From an uncultured Verrucomicrobiae bacterium (lineage in GTDB: Bacteria; Verrucomicrobiota; Verrucomicrobiia; Chthoniobacterales; JAFAMB01): a stretch of DNA of 64,000 nt. The DNA is taken from positions 128,001 through 192,000 of the forward strand of contig CAWEXO010000009.1 of the NCBI GenBank assembly GCA_963813025.1, read 5' to 3'. Positions 9,908 through 23,339 of this stretch are shown here, one piece after another. The notes below the pieces were generated by a model that saw only the letters and a program-made list of their open reading frames with translations, was not told where the DNA came from and made no database searches. A program made the position numbers and the translations under genes. Each line of letters starts with the position of its first letter. Position 1 is the stretch's first letter.

Positions 9908-10458
9908 AACTGGTGATCGCGGCGACTGGAGCAAGTGGAGCGATTTATCTCCAGCGCCTGCTGGACCAGATCGACTGTACCCAGCACGAAGTTCATCTCG
10001 TCCTGAGTGCGTTTGCGAAGCAGGTCGTTCACGATGAGCTGGGAGAACTCCGTGTAGCCGCCCAGGTAACCCAGCATAACGATCGAAGTATGAACGTCGC
10101 GTTCGCCAGCGGTTCCGCTTCCTTCGATGCGATGATCATTGTCCCGTGTTCCATGGGTACGTTGTCCCGAATCGCGGCCGGAACCAGTGAAACCCTCATC
10201 TTGCGGACCGCTGATGTTTTCTTAAAAGAAAAACGCAAGCTTGTGCTGGTTCCGCGCGAATCACCGTGGAATCTGATTCATGCGCGGAACTGTTGCCGGC
10301 TCTTGGAAGCGGGCGCGTTGGTATTGCCCGCGAGTCCCTCTTTTTATAGCCGTCCAAAGACGCTGGACGAATTAGCCGATACCGTCGTGCATCGAATTCT
10401 GGACCAGGTCGGGGCGCCCGTGCCAGGCGCCTTTCGCTGGTTTGAAAACCCGGAGTAG
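9904..10458 (+). CDS. ubiX: Flavin prenyltransferase UbiX family
   Basis: ATGASGAIY, ASGS, PCSMGTL, LVPRESP and PSFYSRP. Overlaps the xylB stop (GTGA). Confidence 0.93.
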   Translation: MKLVIAATGASGAIYLQRLLDQIDCTQHEVHLVLSAFAKQVVHDELGELRVAAQVTQHNDRSMNVAFASGSASFDAMIIVPCSMGTLSRIAAGTSETLILRTADVFLKEKRKLVLVPRESPWNLIHARNCCRLLEAGALVLPASPSFYSRPKTLDELADTVVHRILDQVGAPVPGAFRWFENPE

Positions 10459-10498
10459 GCAGGGGCGAGAGATTTATCGCGGGCACCGACGCCGTGCC

Positions 10499-10612
10499 CT
10501 AAATCAGCGACCAGCCAAAAATCACGAGGGAGGTAACGATCATCCCGAGCAGGGTTATTGTGAGAAAAGCACAGCCGATCAACAGGAAATTCAGCGATGT
10601 TTTCAACCGCAT
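10499..10612 (-). CDS. Possible 37-aa single-TM small protein
   Basis: MRLKTSLNFLLIGCAFLTITLLGMIVTSLVIFGWSLI, a continuous hydrophobic stretch. No homology evidence. Confidence 0.3.
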   Translation of the reverse strand: MRLKTSLNFLLIGCAFLTITLLGMIVTSLVIFGWSLI

Positions 10613-11079
10613 TGAGCGCAAAAAGGTCCGTGCAATATCTCGCCACAATTTTGGCAACGTCTGACGCTGCTTTGCGTCACGAGACGAGATCATGAACTGT
10701 TTCCCAGGGTTCGAAAGCCAACCTTTGAAACCGTTCGGAATGATTTGGAAGGCAGCCTTCCGGCGATGGTGACCTTGGCTTCTCCGTGTCCGGGGTGCGA
10801 TGGCTCGGACGGATTTTGCTGGCATCAGGATTTGGTTCCACGCCTGGAGTACGGCTCTTTAAAATCGCTGGCAGGAGTTCGATCCATCAGCCCTGGGCGG
10901 ATGTGAAAAAATTTCGATTTCTTCGTTGCACGTCTGGAAAAGATCGCTAATCTCTGCGGCCCCCGGCCTGAAAAGCGTTGGGGAGCGGTGAGAGGTTTTG
11001 CGCAAGCGAAACAACTGATCGGCAACTGGGTTCGAGGCGAGGATGGGTGAAAGCACGCCAAAAAGTGTAAAGCTTAGGG

Positions 11080-11107
11080 TTGACTCGCTCCAGAAACCAT
11101 GTAGGGT
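11080..11107 (+). promoter_or_regulatory. Putative rrn sigma70 promoter
   Basis: TTGACT-N16-TAGGGT upstream of the 16S leader. Confidence 0.55.
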
Positions 11108-11330
11108 ATAAGGCTCCGCAGAAATCGGAGCGCTCGCGGAAAGGCGAGTCTGTTCTTCCAGATTAAGGGACTTCAAATTGACTCAATTTTGTCCCGGTTG
11201 AATTGAACGGTTGTGAGCAATAGACCCGAGACCAGTTTAGCCGGTGGCGAGTTGAGTTTTTTTACGCCTTAATTTGAAAGGCGATTGTTTTTTGATAGTT
11301 TGGTTCTGAGTTTTTTAAAGCACTCAGAAT

Positions 11331-11381
11331 GATGATGTCAGCGAAGACTGTGTTGTGCGTTTTTACGTCAACATTCTTTGA
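11331..11381 (+). other. 5' arm of the 16S processing stem (pairs with 13240-13287)
   Basis: GATGATGTCAGCGAAGACTG..TTGTGCGTT..ATTCTTTGA is imperfectly complementary to TCAAAGAAT..AACGCACAA..CAGTTTTTGCTGATTATC after the 16S. An equivalent 23S stem is formed by 13693-13720 and 16762-16790. Confidence 0.75.
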
Positions 11382-11555
11382 TTTTAAAAATAGTTTTCAT
11401 GACCGATAAAAAATCTTGCCCTGAGCTCGTAAGCCGGGTTCGGCGCAAGGATGAATTGGTCAGAATCAGTTTTCCGCCTGAAGGCCTGAAGAGCAGTTTT
11501 TGAAGAGCAGTTTTTTTAGGCAAGGCGGATTCCTAGCTCACGTTAGGAGCAAATT

Positions 11556-13130
<1,575 letters not shown>

Positions 13131-13376
13131 ATGTCTCTCGGCCTCTCGCACGAGAGTGGCATAGGTCGACGGCTAAGCTCGTCGCTTCGGCGATGGACAC
13201 GCTGCGACAAGTCCTCCGGCGACGAAAGCAGGCCGAGGCTCAAAGAATTTGAAACGGTAACGCACAATTCAGTTTTTGCTGATTATCGCGAAAGCTTCCA
13301 CCGGAAACAGCGATCGCAGCGGTCGTCTGGTGGCCATGATAGTCATCGACTATCGCAACCGTCGCTATTTCTCCGA

Positions 13377-13449
13377 GGGGGCATAGCTCAGTTGGTAGAG
13401 CGGTAGCTTTGCAAGCTATAGGTCAGGGGTTCGAATCCCCTTGCCTCCA
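13377..13449 (+). tRNA. tRNA-Ala(TGC)
   Basis: Cloverleaf with acceptor GGGGGCA/TGCCTCC including G3:U70, anticodon arm GTAGC-TT-TGC-AA-GCTAT and GGTTCGAATCC T-loop. CCA is not encoded. Confidence 0.97.
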
Positions 13450-13486
13450 GATGCTGCGTCACCGAGGACGACAGACTCTGCAATCA

Positions 13487-13560
13487 GGGCCTGTAGCTCA
13501 GTTGGTTAGAGCATGCGCTTGATAAGCGCAGGGTCACTGGTTCGAGTCCAGTCAGGCCCA
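13487..13560 (+). tRNA. tRNA-Ile(GAT)
   Basis: Acceptor GGGCCTG/CAGGCCC, anticodon arm TGCGC-TT-GAT-AA-GCGCA and GGTTCGAGTCC. CCA is not encoded. Confidence 0.97.
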
Positions 13561-13831
13561 CCGATTGATCACGGACGGCTGCTCGCAAAAACGCTGGTTT
13601 CGTTCGTTCCAGCAATAACATCGATCATTCTGAGTTTTGGCAAAGTCGTGAAGAACTTTGACCGAACTTCCAGTCCGGCGAACGGTCGGACTAGTTCTTT
13701 GACATCTACATACAGGGTAGTAAAATACAACTTTAGAGCATTGTAATGACGCTGAGTCTGAAAGTAGAATGTCAGCGACAAGCGAAATTCTGAGAATTTC
13801 AGTTATCATAAACAGACAGATCGATAAAATT

Positions 13832-16699
<2,868 letters not shown>

Positions 16700-16903
16700 G
16701 TTCTGTTCTGTGAAAGTCAAGCAGCCGGGTCAGTTTGACCGGCTAAACTTAGCGCCTATCTCTACCCAAATATGCAGATATCAGAGAACTGTAAGTTCTT
16801 TCATAGCTTTTCGCCCTAGGCGAAGAGCGTCGCCAGAATTTCTGGTGAAGTTGAGCATAGACCGCCCCCTTCCCCCCACGGGCTAGTTTCGGCTTCACCA
16901 GCC

Positions 16904-17020
16904 TTCTGGTGATCCTAGCGCAGTGGCCCCACCCGTTCCCATTCCGAACACGGAAGTGAAACGCTGCAGCCCCGATGGTAGTGCATCTCTAGGTTGTGCG
17001 AGAGTAGGACATTGCCAGAA
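16904..17020 (+). rRNA. rrf: 5S rRNA
   Basis: TTCTGGTG...CCCATTCCGAACACGGAAGTGAAAC...GAGAGTAGGACATTGCCAGAA with paired ends. Confidence 0.97.
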
Positions 17021-17024
17021 TTAT

Positions 17025-17063
17025 GAACCCCGGTTTTCGAAGGAAGACCGGGGTTCCTTTTTT
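17025..17063 (+). terminator. Intrinsic terminator of the rrn operon
   Basis: GAACCCCGGT...ACCGGGGTTC hairpin followed by CTTTTTT. Confidence 0.85.
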
Positions 17064-17272
17064 CAGATAGGTGGAATGACAATTTTAAAATTTAGAGGTA
17101 GGAGGATTCCATGACATTAGCGATGGGGAAAACCGGAAAACCGGACAAATCTTGAGTCAGGAAGTCAGGACGCGCAGGGTCGTGTGCTGGTATCGCGAGA
17201 ACGTCGGGCGTCGCTGTTGGAGGATTTAGAGAACTCCAAAAAACCAAAAACTCAAAAACTTTCGCCCCGTGC

Positions 17273-17416
17273 CGGTAGGGCGGTAGGGCGAAAATTCATT
17301 CGAGCTTTAGCGAGAACTTGTTTGAGCCGTCATGGGTGTAGCTTGCCTCAGCTTCCGGCTCAAACAAGTTCTCGCCTGTCCGCCTGAGCGGAACGTTGCG
17401 AGGGCAGGCCTTCTAC
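17273..17416. repeat. GTAG-capped long palindrome (REPIN/MITE-like)
   Basis: The 48-bp arm 17282-17329 is identical to 40497-40544. Perfect 20-bp inner stem at 17310-17329/17356-17375. Confidence 0.85.
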
Positions 17417-17495
17417 TTTAAATTAATCGCAGTAACGCTGGTTCTTAAACCACCGTTGCGTCCAGCAGCAGAGCGATTGCAACATTGCAACACCA

Positions 17496-17690
17496 TGGAA
17501 AACGAACTAAAGAAAAGGACGGCCTCGATCGACGCGACTTCATGAAGATGGCAACCATCGCCTCGGTTGCGCTTGCGGCCGGCGCCGGCACTGCACATGC
17601 CCAGGACGCAACGGCATCCTCTACTGGTCCGGTACCGGCTGCGCGACGAGGAACAGTGTACACGGGCGACATGATCCAGGGGAAAAGGTT
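17496..17690 (+). pseudogene. 5' fragment of a Tat-exported protein
   Basis: Twin-arginine signal DRRDFMK...AHA-Q. The ATG at 17496 is out of frame with it, and the sequence stops looking protein-like after TVYTGDMIQGK. Confidence 0.5.
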
Positions 17691-18020
17691 CGGCGAAGTA
17701 GTCGCTGAATATTCCGGCGAGGTCGCGGCTCGTCGCAAAGTGCAACAGCCGAGCCTGGCATTCCGCTGGTGTTTATTCTCTACCACAGCCCGACCCCGGA
17801 GAACCCAGTGGATTACTCTGAGTGAGTTCCGCCGTGAGAGTGATCTTGTGGGAAGCAAAGCAATTTCTGCACTGCTCCCCTGGAGATGCGGTTCACTCGC
17901 ACTCGCCTTGGACCACGACCCGCATAGCGGTAACCGATTCGAACATTTGCGCGTCAAGAGTTATGAAGATTTAAATCGGCAAAATCATCTGGCCGAATTG
18001 CAGTTCGAAAGCGCATGATT

Positions 18021-18272
18021 ATGAAACGCATTTTGTTGGCGGGCAACATCCTGTTGGCCATCTGCTTTGCGGGTGTGCCGAAATCGCAAGCTGGTGTTCA
18101 TATTGGCATCGGGATCGGCTTTCCGGCTCCGGTCTATTATTACCCGGGATATTGGTGGGGGCCGGGATGGTATCCGGCGGGTTATTACTGGGGTCCTCGA
18201 GGCTATGTCTTTTATCGTCGGCCGTATTGGCGCCATCGCTTTTGGTGGCGAGGGCATTGGTACTACCGCTAG
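18021..18272 (+). CDS. Small secreted Gly/Tyr/Trp/Arg-rich protein
   Basis: Signal peptide MKRILLAGNILLAICFAGVPKSQA, then GVHIGIGIGFPAPVYYYPGYWWGPGWY...RFWWRGHWYYR. Confidence 0.75.
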   Translation: MKRILLAGNILLAICFAGVPKSQAGVHIGIGIGFPAPVYYYPGYWWGPGWYPAGYYWGPRGYVFYRRPYWRHRFWWRGHWYYR

Positions 18273-18330
18273 TTTCGAATCCCTCCAATAGCACCGGCAT
18301 CCTTCCGATCTGGCCGACAGGGCCGTCCAC

Positions 18331-18563
18331 ATGGAGAGCTTCTGGGCGACCCTTAAGACCGAGTGCTTCCACGACCAGATCCCGCGCAACCTGGTGCACG
18401 CTAGAGCCATGCTCTTTGATTATATCGAGGCCTTTTATAACCCCAGGCTGCTTCATTCCTCCCCGGGTTATCTCTCTCCAATCGAGTTTGAAAACCACTT
18501 GATCAATCAACCAAACCACAAACCTTAAACAACTTACCTGTCCGCGTTTTCGAAGACAGATCA
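18331..18563 (+). mobile_element. IS3-family remnant (integrase C-terminus plus right end)
   Basis: MESFWATLKTE...YIEAFYNPRLLHSSPGYLSPIEFE, followed by the IR-like CTGTCCGCGTTTTCGAAGACAGATCA ending in CA. Confidence 0.85.
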
Positions 18564-18758
18564 CCCCAATCGCAATGTTCGAGGAAGAGGACGACGACGA
18601 GCACGAGGGCGATGCTGTTGCGGCTACGCCGCGCTTGTGGTCTTCTGCCACTTTTCGGGCAGAAGTGACGCAGAGTGCGTGCGACTTTTCCCCTCTTTGA
18701 GAACCGCGCGGAACGCGGCGTTACGCCGAGGACCGGGCCCGCTCGCTCCGCTCTCCGC

Positions 18759-19517
18759 CTACTGTGCCGTCCAACCGCCATCGATCACAATATCCGTCCC
18801 CGTGATGAAGCCCGCCGCCTCGGAGCAAAGATAGAGAGCGAGCTGGCCAATTTCCTCGACCTGTCCCCAGCGGCCAACCGGGATTTTCAAAAGGAACTGC
18901 TGGTTGAGCTCCGGATTCTGAATCAGCGGAGTATTCATCTCCGTTGCGAAAGGGCCCGGACTGATGCCGTTGACCGTGATACCCTCGGTCGCGAGTTCCA
19001 GCGCCAGTGCGCGCGTCAATCCAAGCAAAGCAGTCTTGCTGGCGGAATAAGCCGAGCGGCCCGGAAGAGAAACGTGACTCATCGTCGATGTCAGATTGAT
19101 AATGCGCCCGTAGCCTCTTCCTTTCATTTGCGGTACGAACCGGTGGCACATCAGAAAGACGCTCGTCAGGTTCGTATCGACAACCCGCCGCCATTCTTCC
19201 AGCGTGAATTCGATCAAGTGCTTGCGGAGATTGATCCCGGCGTTGTTCACCAGGATGTCGACTTGGTGGAATGCTCCCTGCACGTCGCGTTCGAGTTGGC
19301 GAACCTGTTCCTCTTCCGAGACATCGGCCTGAAAGGTCTGCGCCCTTCCACCCCCGGTTTCCACCGCCTGTTTCACTCTGTTCAACTGGCCGAGGTCTCG
19401 TGAGACCAGCGCAACCTGCGCACCCGCCGCACTCAGGGCCAAAGCGATCGCTTTACCCAGCCCTTTGCTGGCACCGGTGATAAGCGCCGTTTTACCGTTC
19501 AGATCGTATTCTCTCAT
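18759..19517 (-). CDS. Short-chain dehydrogenase/reductase (gluconate 5-dehydrogenase-like)
   Basis: TGASKGLG, NNAG, YSASK and PGPFATEMN motifs. Confidence 0.92.
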   Translation of the reverse strand: MREYDLNGKTALITGASKGLGKAIALALSAAGAQVALVSRDLGQLNRVKQAVETGGGRAQTFQADVSEEEQVRQLERDVQGAFHQVDILVNNAGINLRKHLIEFTLEEWRRVVDTNLTSVFLMCHRFVPQMKGRGYGRIINLTSTMSHVSLPGRSAYSASKTALLGLTRALALELATEGITVNGISPGPFATEMNTPLIQNPELNQQFLLKIPVGRWGQVEEIGQLALYLCSEAAGFITGTDIVIDGGWTAQ

Positions 19518-19690
19518 TTTGTGCGTTTCCAAAAAGGTCATGATCAGAAGACTGCTCTCAAATCCGTTTTGCCCATCAAAAACCTCTGAACGCGTGAACG
19601 CGAGCGATTTATGGGAAGGTCCGGCCGAGGTTTGTCTTGCCGAATGGCCTTTGAATTGACTCGCTGTAAACCCGCTGATCAACTAGATCC

Positions 19691-20247
19691 ATGGAATGGC
19701 TGAATGAACCGCCGGAATGGCGAGCCGAGGAAGGCCGGCTGTCGGTCACGACCGGCTTGAGAACCGATTTCTGGCGGCGCACCCATTACGGGTTCATCCG
19801 GGATAACGGCCACTTCTACTACCAAGCCATTGACCGGGATTTTACGGCAAAGGTCCGGATCGGCGGAGAATACCAGGCGTTATACGATCAAGCGGGCCTG
19901 ATGATCCGTATCGATGCTGAGCATTGATAAAGGCCGGCGTAGAGTTTACTGATGGATTGCCAAAATTCTCCGTCGTGGTCACCAACACTTTTTCCGATTG
20001 GTCGGTGTTCCCGATCACCGGTTCGCCGGAGTTTGCCTGGCTTCGGGCGACCCGCTATGAAGAAGCGGTTCGCGTGGATGCGTCTCTTGATGGCAGAACA
20101 TTTCAGATGGTCCGCCTCGCTTGGCTTCCGGCTTCAACAACGGTTCAAGTAGGTCTCATGTGCTGCTCTCCGGAACGAGCCGGTTTCAGGGCTTGCTTTG
20201 CTGATTTTGCTCTGACCGACCCAACTAGCCGCGAGCTTCATACCTGA
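19691..20247 (+). pseudogene. DUF1349-like protein split by a 1-bp frameshift
   Basis: MEWLNEPPEW...TDFWRRTHYGFIRDNGH...YDQAGL continues in another frame as IKAGVEF...GLMCCSPE. CAT-TGA-TAAAG would read HWIK if one G were added near 19926. Confidence 0.8.
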
Positions 20248-20491
20248 AGACCTTTCCAGCGCGCAAAAGACCAGGGTGTAGCGAGGCCGTGCCTCCGCAG
20301 TGCTGGTGTTTGCTCGTTTGCTGGTAATAGGTCTCTTGTGTCTGGTTGTTCTGCTCGGGCGTATTTGCGGCCGCAGCAGGCGTAGAAGTCACGACTTGGC
20401 CGGCTGCCTCATGCTCCCGTTCTGAAATCCCTGGAACTGCGCGAAGCTTTCAGGTAGACCCAGTCTGCTTCTGTTGCGGTTCCTCCCGGAA

Positions 20492-21487
20492 ATGAATCAA
20501 CAATCTGCGGCTCCGCCCCGATTCGACGACAGCAGCCAACGCCGTCGGTTTCGGCTGCCGCGCGAGATTGGAATTCTGGCTGCGCTCGTCCTGATGATTC
20601 TGATTCTGAGCATCTTCATACCTCAATTCCGGGATATTCAGAATTTAACGAATATTACGCGGAATTTTTCCTTTGTTGGCATCGTGGCCATGGGTATGAC
20701 CGCTGTCATTTTGACTGGCGGCATCGATTTGTCGGTTGGGTCAACCTGGGGGATGACCGCGGTGATCGTGGCGGCGCTCGTAACCAACGGTTGGCCGCTT
20801 CCATTAGGGATTATGGCGGGCTTGGCTAGCGCCGCCGGGATCGGCTTGATCAATGGTTTGTGCGTCACCCGGCTGAACATGTCGCCCTTCGTTCCGACCC
20901 TGGCCACGCTTTCGATCGCGCGCAGCCTCGCCTTGATCATCACCCGAGGCCGCCCGATTTCAATCTTCGGCGAAGAGTACCGGACCTTTCTTTGGATCGG
21001 CGGTGGTGACATCTTCGGGATTCCCAATCCGTTTATCATTTTTCTGATAGTCGCAACCCTCTTCTGGGTTCTCCTTTCCCGTACCGTTTGGGGGCGATAT
21101 GTCTACGCGGTCGGTGGAAATGAACGAGCCGCGCGCCTGACCGGTCTGCGCGTAGGTCGGCTGAAGATTGTTGTTTATATACTCTCAGCGCTGGTCGCAG
21201 GGTTGGCGGGAATTATCCAGGTCAGCTATTTGTCCAGTGTCACGGCCGATCTGGGAACGGGCAACGAATTAGCCGTCATCGCAGCGACGGTTATCGGCGG
21301 AGCGAACCTGGCGGGCGGTGAAGGCACCATCGTCGGGACAGTAATCGGAGCCATCATTCTCGAAGTCCTCCGGAACGGGCTGCTCTTGTTTGGAATAGAT
21401 CCCTATTGGCAAGGAGTCTTTGTTGGTGCAGTAATTATTTTGGCTGTTTCCGTCGAATATTTCCGAAAGCTCTTGCGCCATGAGTAA
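20492..21487 (+). CDS. Monosaccharide ABC transporter permease (RbsC-like)
   Basis: GGIDLSVG, GRYVYAVGGNERAARLTG and ELAVIAATVIGG. Confidence 0.93.
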   Translation: MNQQSAAPPRFDDSSQRRRFRLPREIGILAALVLMILILSIFIPQFRDIQNLTNITRNFSFVGIVAMGMTAVILTGGIDLSVGSTWGMTAVIVAALVTNGWPLPLGIMAGLASAAGIGLINGLCVTRLNMSPFVPTLATLSIARSLALIITRGRPISIFGEEYRTFLWIGGGDIFGIPNPFIIFLIVATLFWVLLSRTVWGRYVYAVGGNERAARLTGLRVGRLKIVVYILSALVAGLAGIIQVSYLSSVTADLGTGNELAVIAATVIGGANLAGGEGTIVGTVIGAIILEVLRNGLLLFGIDPYWQGVFVGAVIILAVSVEYFRKLLRHE

Positions 21488-21567
21488 GAGTTTGTTCAAT
21501 CCAACAATACCCTCCCAAGAACCCGTGTTGACCGCGATCGGTCACGCGTGCTCCTCCCGTAAATCCT

Positions 21568-22524
21568 ATGAAAACAAATCAATGGCGATCACTTATTGCC
21601 GCGATCGGCTGCGCCTCAGCCTTGGTTGGCGGCGCCCAAGCCGCTGACAAACCGAAAACCTTCGCGATCGTACCAAAATCGATCAGCGTTTCCTTTTACA
21701 ATGATGTCGAGAAAGGATGTAAAGAAGAAGGCAAGAAACTCGGAGTAAATGTCATTTACACCGGCCCGGAAACGGCCGACGCGGCGAAACAGGTGCAAAT
21801 CCTGCAAGACCTGGTAAGCCGCGGCGTCGACGGCTTCGCGGTGGCACCGATGGATGCTGACTCGGTGATTGGCGTGATCGATTCGGCTCTGCAAAAGGGC
21901 ATTAAAGTCATCACCTTCGACTCTGATTCGCCGAAATCCAAGCGAGTCTGCTTCGTTGGCACGAACAATGAACAAGGAGGCACAGAGGGAGGCAAAGCTT
22001 TCGCGTCGATGTTGCCGAAAGGTAAGTTCGCGATCCTCACCGGCGGTCTTGCCGCCGACAACCTGAACCAACGAATCGATGGGTTCAGAAAGGCTTTGAA
22101 AGATTCGGGCGGTCAATACTCAGAAATTCAGGGATCCCCGTTCCCTTGCAATGATGACGCCGCAAAATCGATCCAGATTATTCAGGATACTCTGACCAGA
22201 AACCCTGACCTTAACGGGTTCTTTTTCTCTGGCGGCTGGCCTCTTTTTGGCGCGCCTGAAGCTTATTTGAAAGCGGTTTCCAATCGCTTGCCCGACATCA
22301 AAGCCAAAAAATTTGTTGTCGTTTCCTTCGATACTTTGCCGGACGAACTGAAGCTCCTGAAACAGCGCGCCTGCAACGCGCTGATCGGGCAGCGGCCTTA
22401 CGCGATGGGAACGAAGAGCGTTGATGTACTGAACGATTTAGTCAACGGCAAAACCGTGCCTCGGGTTGTCGACACCGGTGTTGATGTGGTAACGGCGGAA
22501 AATGTCGTTCAATTTTTGAAGTAG
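21568..22524 (+). CDS. Sugar ABC substrate-binding protein (periplasmic binding protein type I)
   Basis: Signal peptide; VITFDSD, VGTNN, QRIDGF and GQRPYAMG. Confidence 0.92.
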   Translation: MKTNQWRSLIAAIGCASALVGGAQAADKPKTFAIVPKSISVSFYNDVEKGCKEEGKKLGVNVIYTGPETADAAKQVQILQDLVSRGVDGFAVAPMDADSVIGVIDSALQKGIKVITFDSDSPKSKRVCFVGTNNEQGGTEGGKAFASMLPKGKFAILTGGLAADNLNQRIDGFRKALKDSGGQYSEIQGSPFPCNDDAAKSIQIIQDTLTRNPDLNGFFFSGGWPLFGAPEAYLKAVSNRLPDIKAKKFVVVSFDTLPDELKLLKQRACNALIGQRPYAMGTKSVDVLNDLVNGKTVPRVVDTGVDVVTAENVVQFLK

Positions 22525-22651
22525 CTCTGGCGAACGCCGCCCTCAGGCGAACGAGATTGAACGTATTCAGGCGTCGTTGGGCGGCGGCTCAGGCTAGTGC
22601 ACCGTCCTCATATACTGGTGCCGTCGCCGCGGCCCACAGGGTTGCGTCGAA

Positions 22652-23007
22652 GAGACTGTCTCGGAACATTCTTGGACTCTGTGCTGCTGGTAGGGCAAAA
22701 AATTCAGAAAGTCTCACAAAAGTGTGTCTGGGCCCTGTGTCGGTAGGGCGAGAATTCATCTGAGCCTTCGGCGAAGACTCGTTCGAGCCGGACGATGGAG
22801 TTGCCACACCCAAGGCGGCTCCGCCTTCGCCAAGGCTATGGCGGACACGTCAAACAAGTTCTCGCTGACGCTCGTCCGCCAAGGCGGATCGCCCTACCAG
22901 CACAGAGCCCAAGAATGTTCCGAGACGCTCTCCTAAATTGTCGCGTTGCCGGCATCAGGGCCAGCCACACCTTGTGAGACAAGCTCTTCAATTTTTCGCC
23001 CTACCGG
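22652..23007. repeat. Composite nested inverted-repeat element of the GTAG-palindrome family
   Basis: Three inverted-repeat pairs (22652-22686/22898-22932; 22688-22742/22950-23007; 22742-22790/22851-22899) plus embedded mini-hairpins. Confidence 0.8.
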
Positions 23008-23339
23008 AGCAGGGCCGAGGCCAGGTTGCGATACAGCTTCTGAAAATGGGCCTGCGGCTGCGTTGCTCGTCGGTTACGTATCGATTCGGATATGCGCCCT
23101 CCCACTGCCAGTTCCAAGCCCGGACCGCCTTGCCGGCGGCCCATTTTGAACACAACGATGGCACCAGTATATGAGAGACGGTGCATTAGGTGGCCTCGCT
23201 GTACAGAGTCCTTGAAAAGAAAAATGGAATACGTGGAGATGAGGCGCTCAAAAGAACTTGATTCATCCACGTCAACTTGCAGTTTTCAAGGACTCCAGAA
23301 GATCAAGCCGACGCCTGAAGAGAACCTGAAAATCGCCTT

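Noticed and set aside
17690..18018. Remainder of the 177-aa ORF 17485-18018 as a full protein
   Set aside because: Only the Tat-signal part looks protein-like. The rest appears to be read-through into unrelated sequence.
19925..19927. TGA in the DUF1349-like gene as Trp/Sec recoding
   Set aside because: The downstream half is in a different frame, so this is an indel rather than readthrough. Other genes use TGA as a normal stop.
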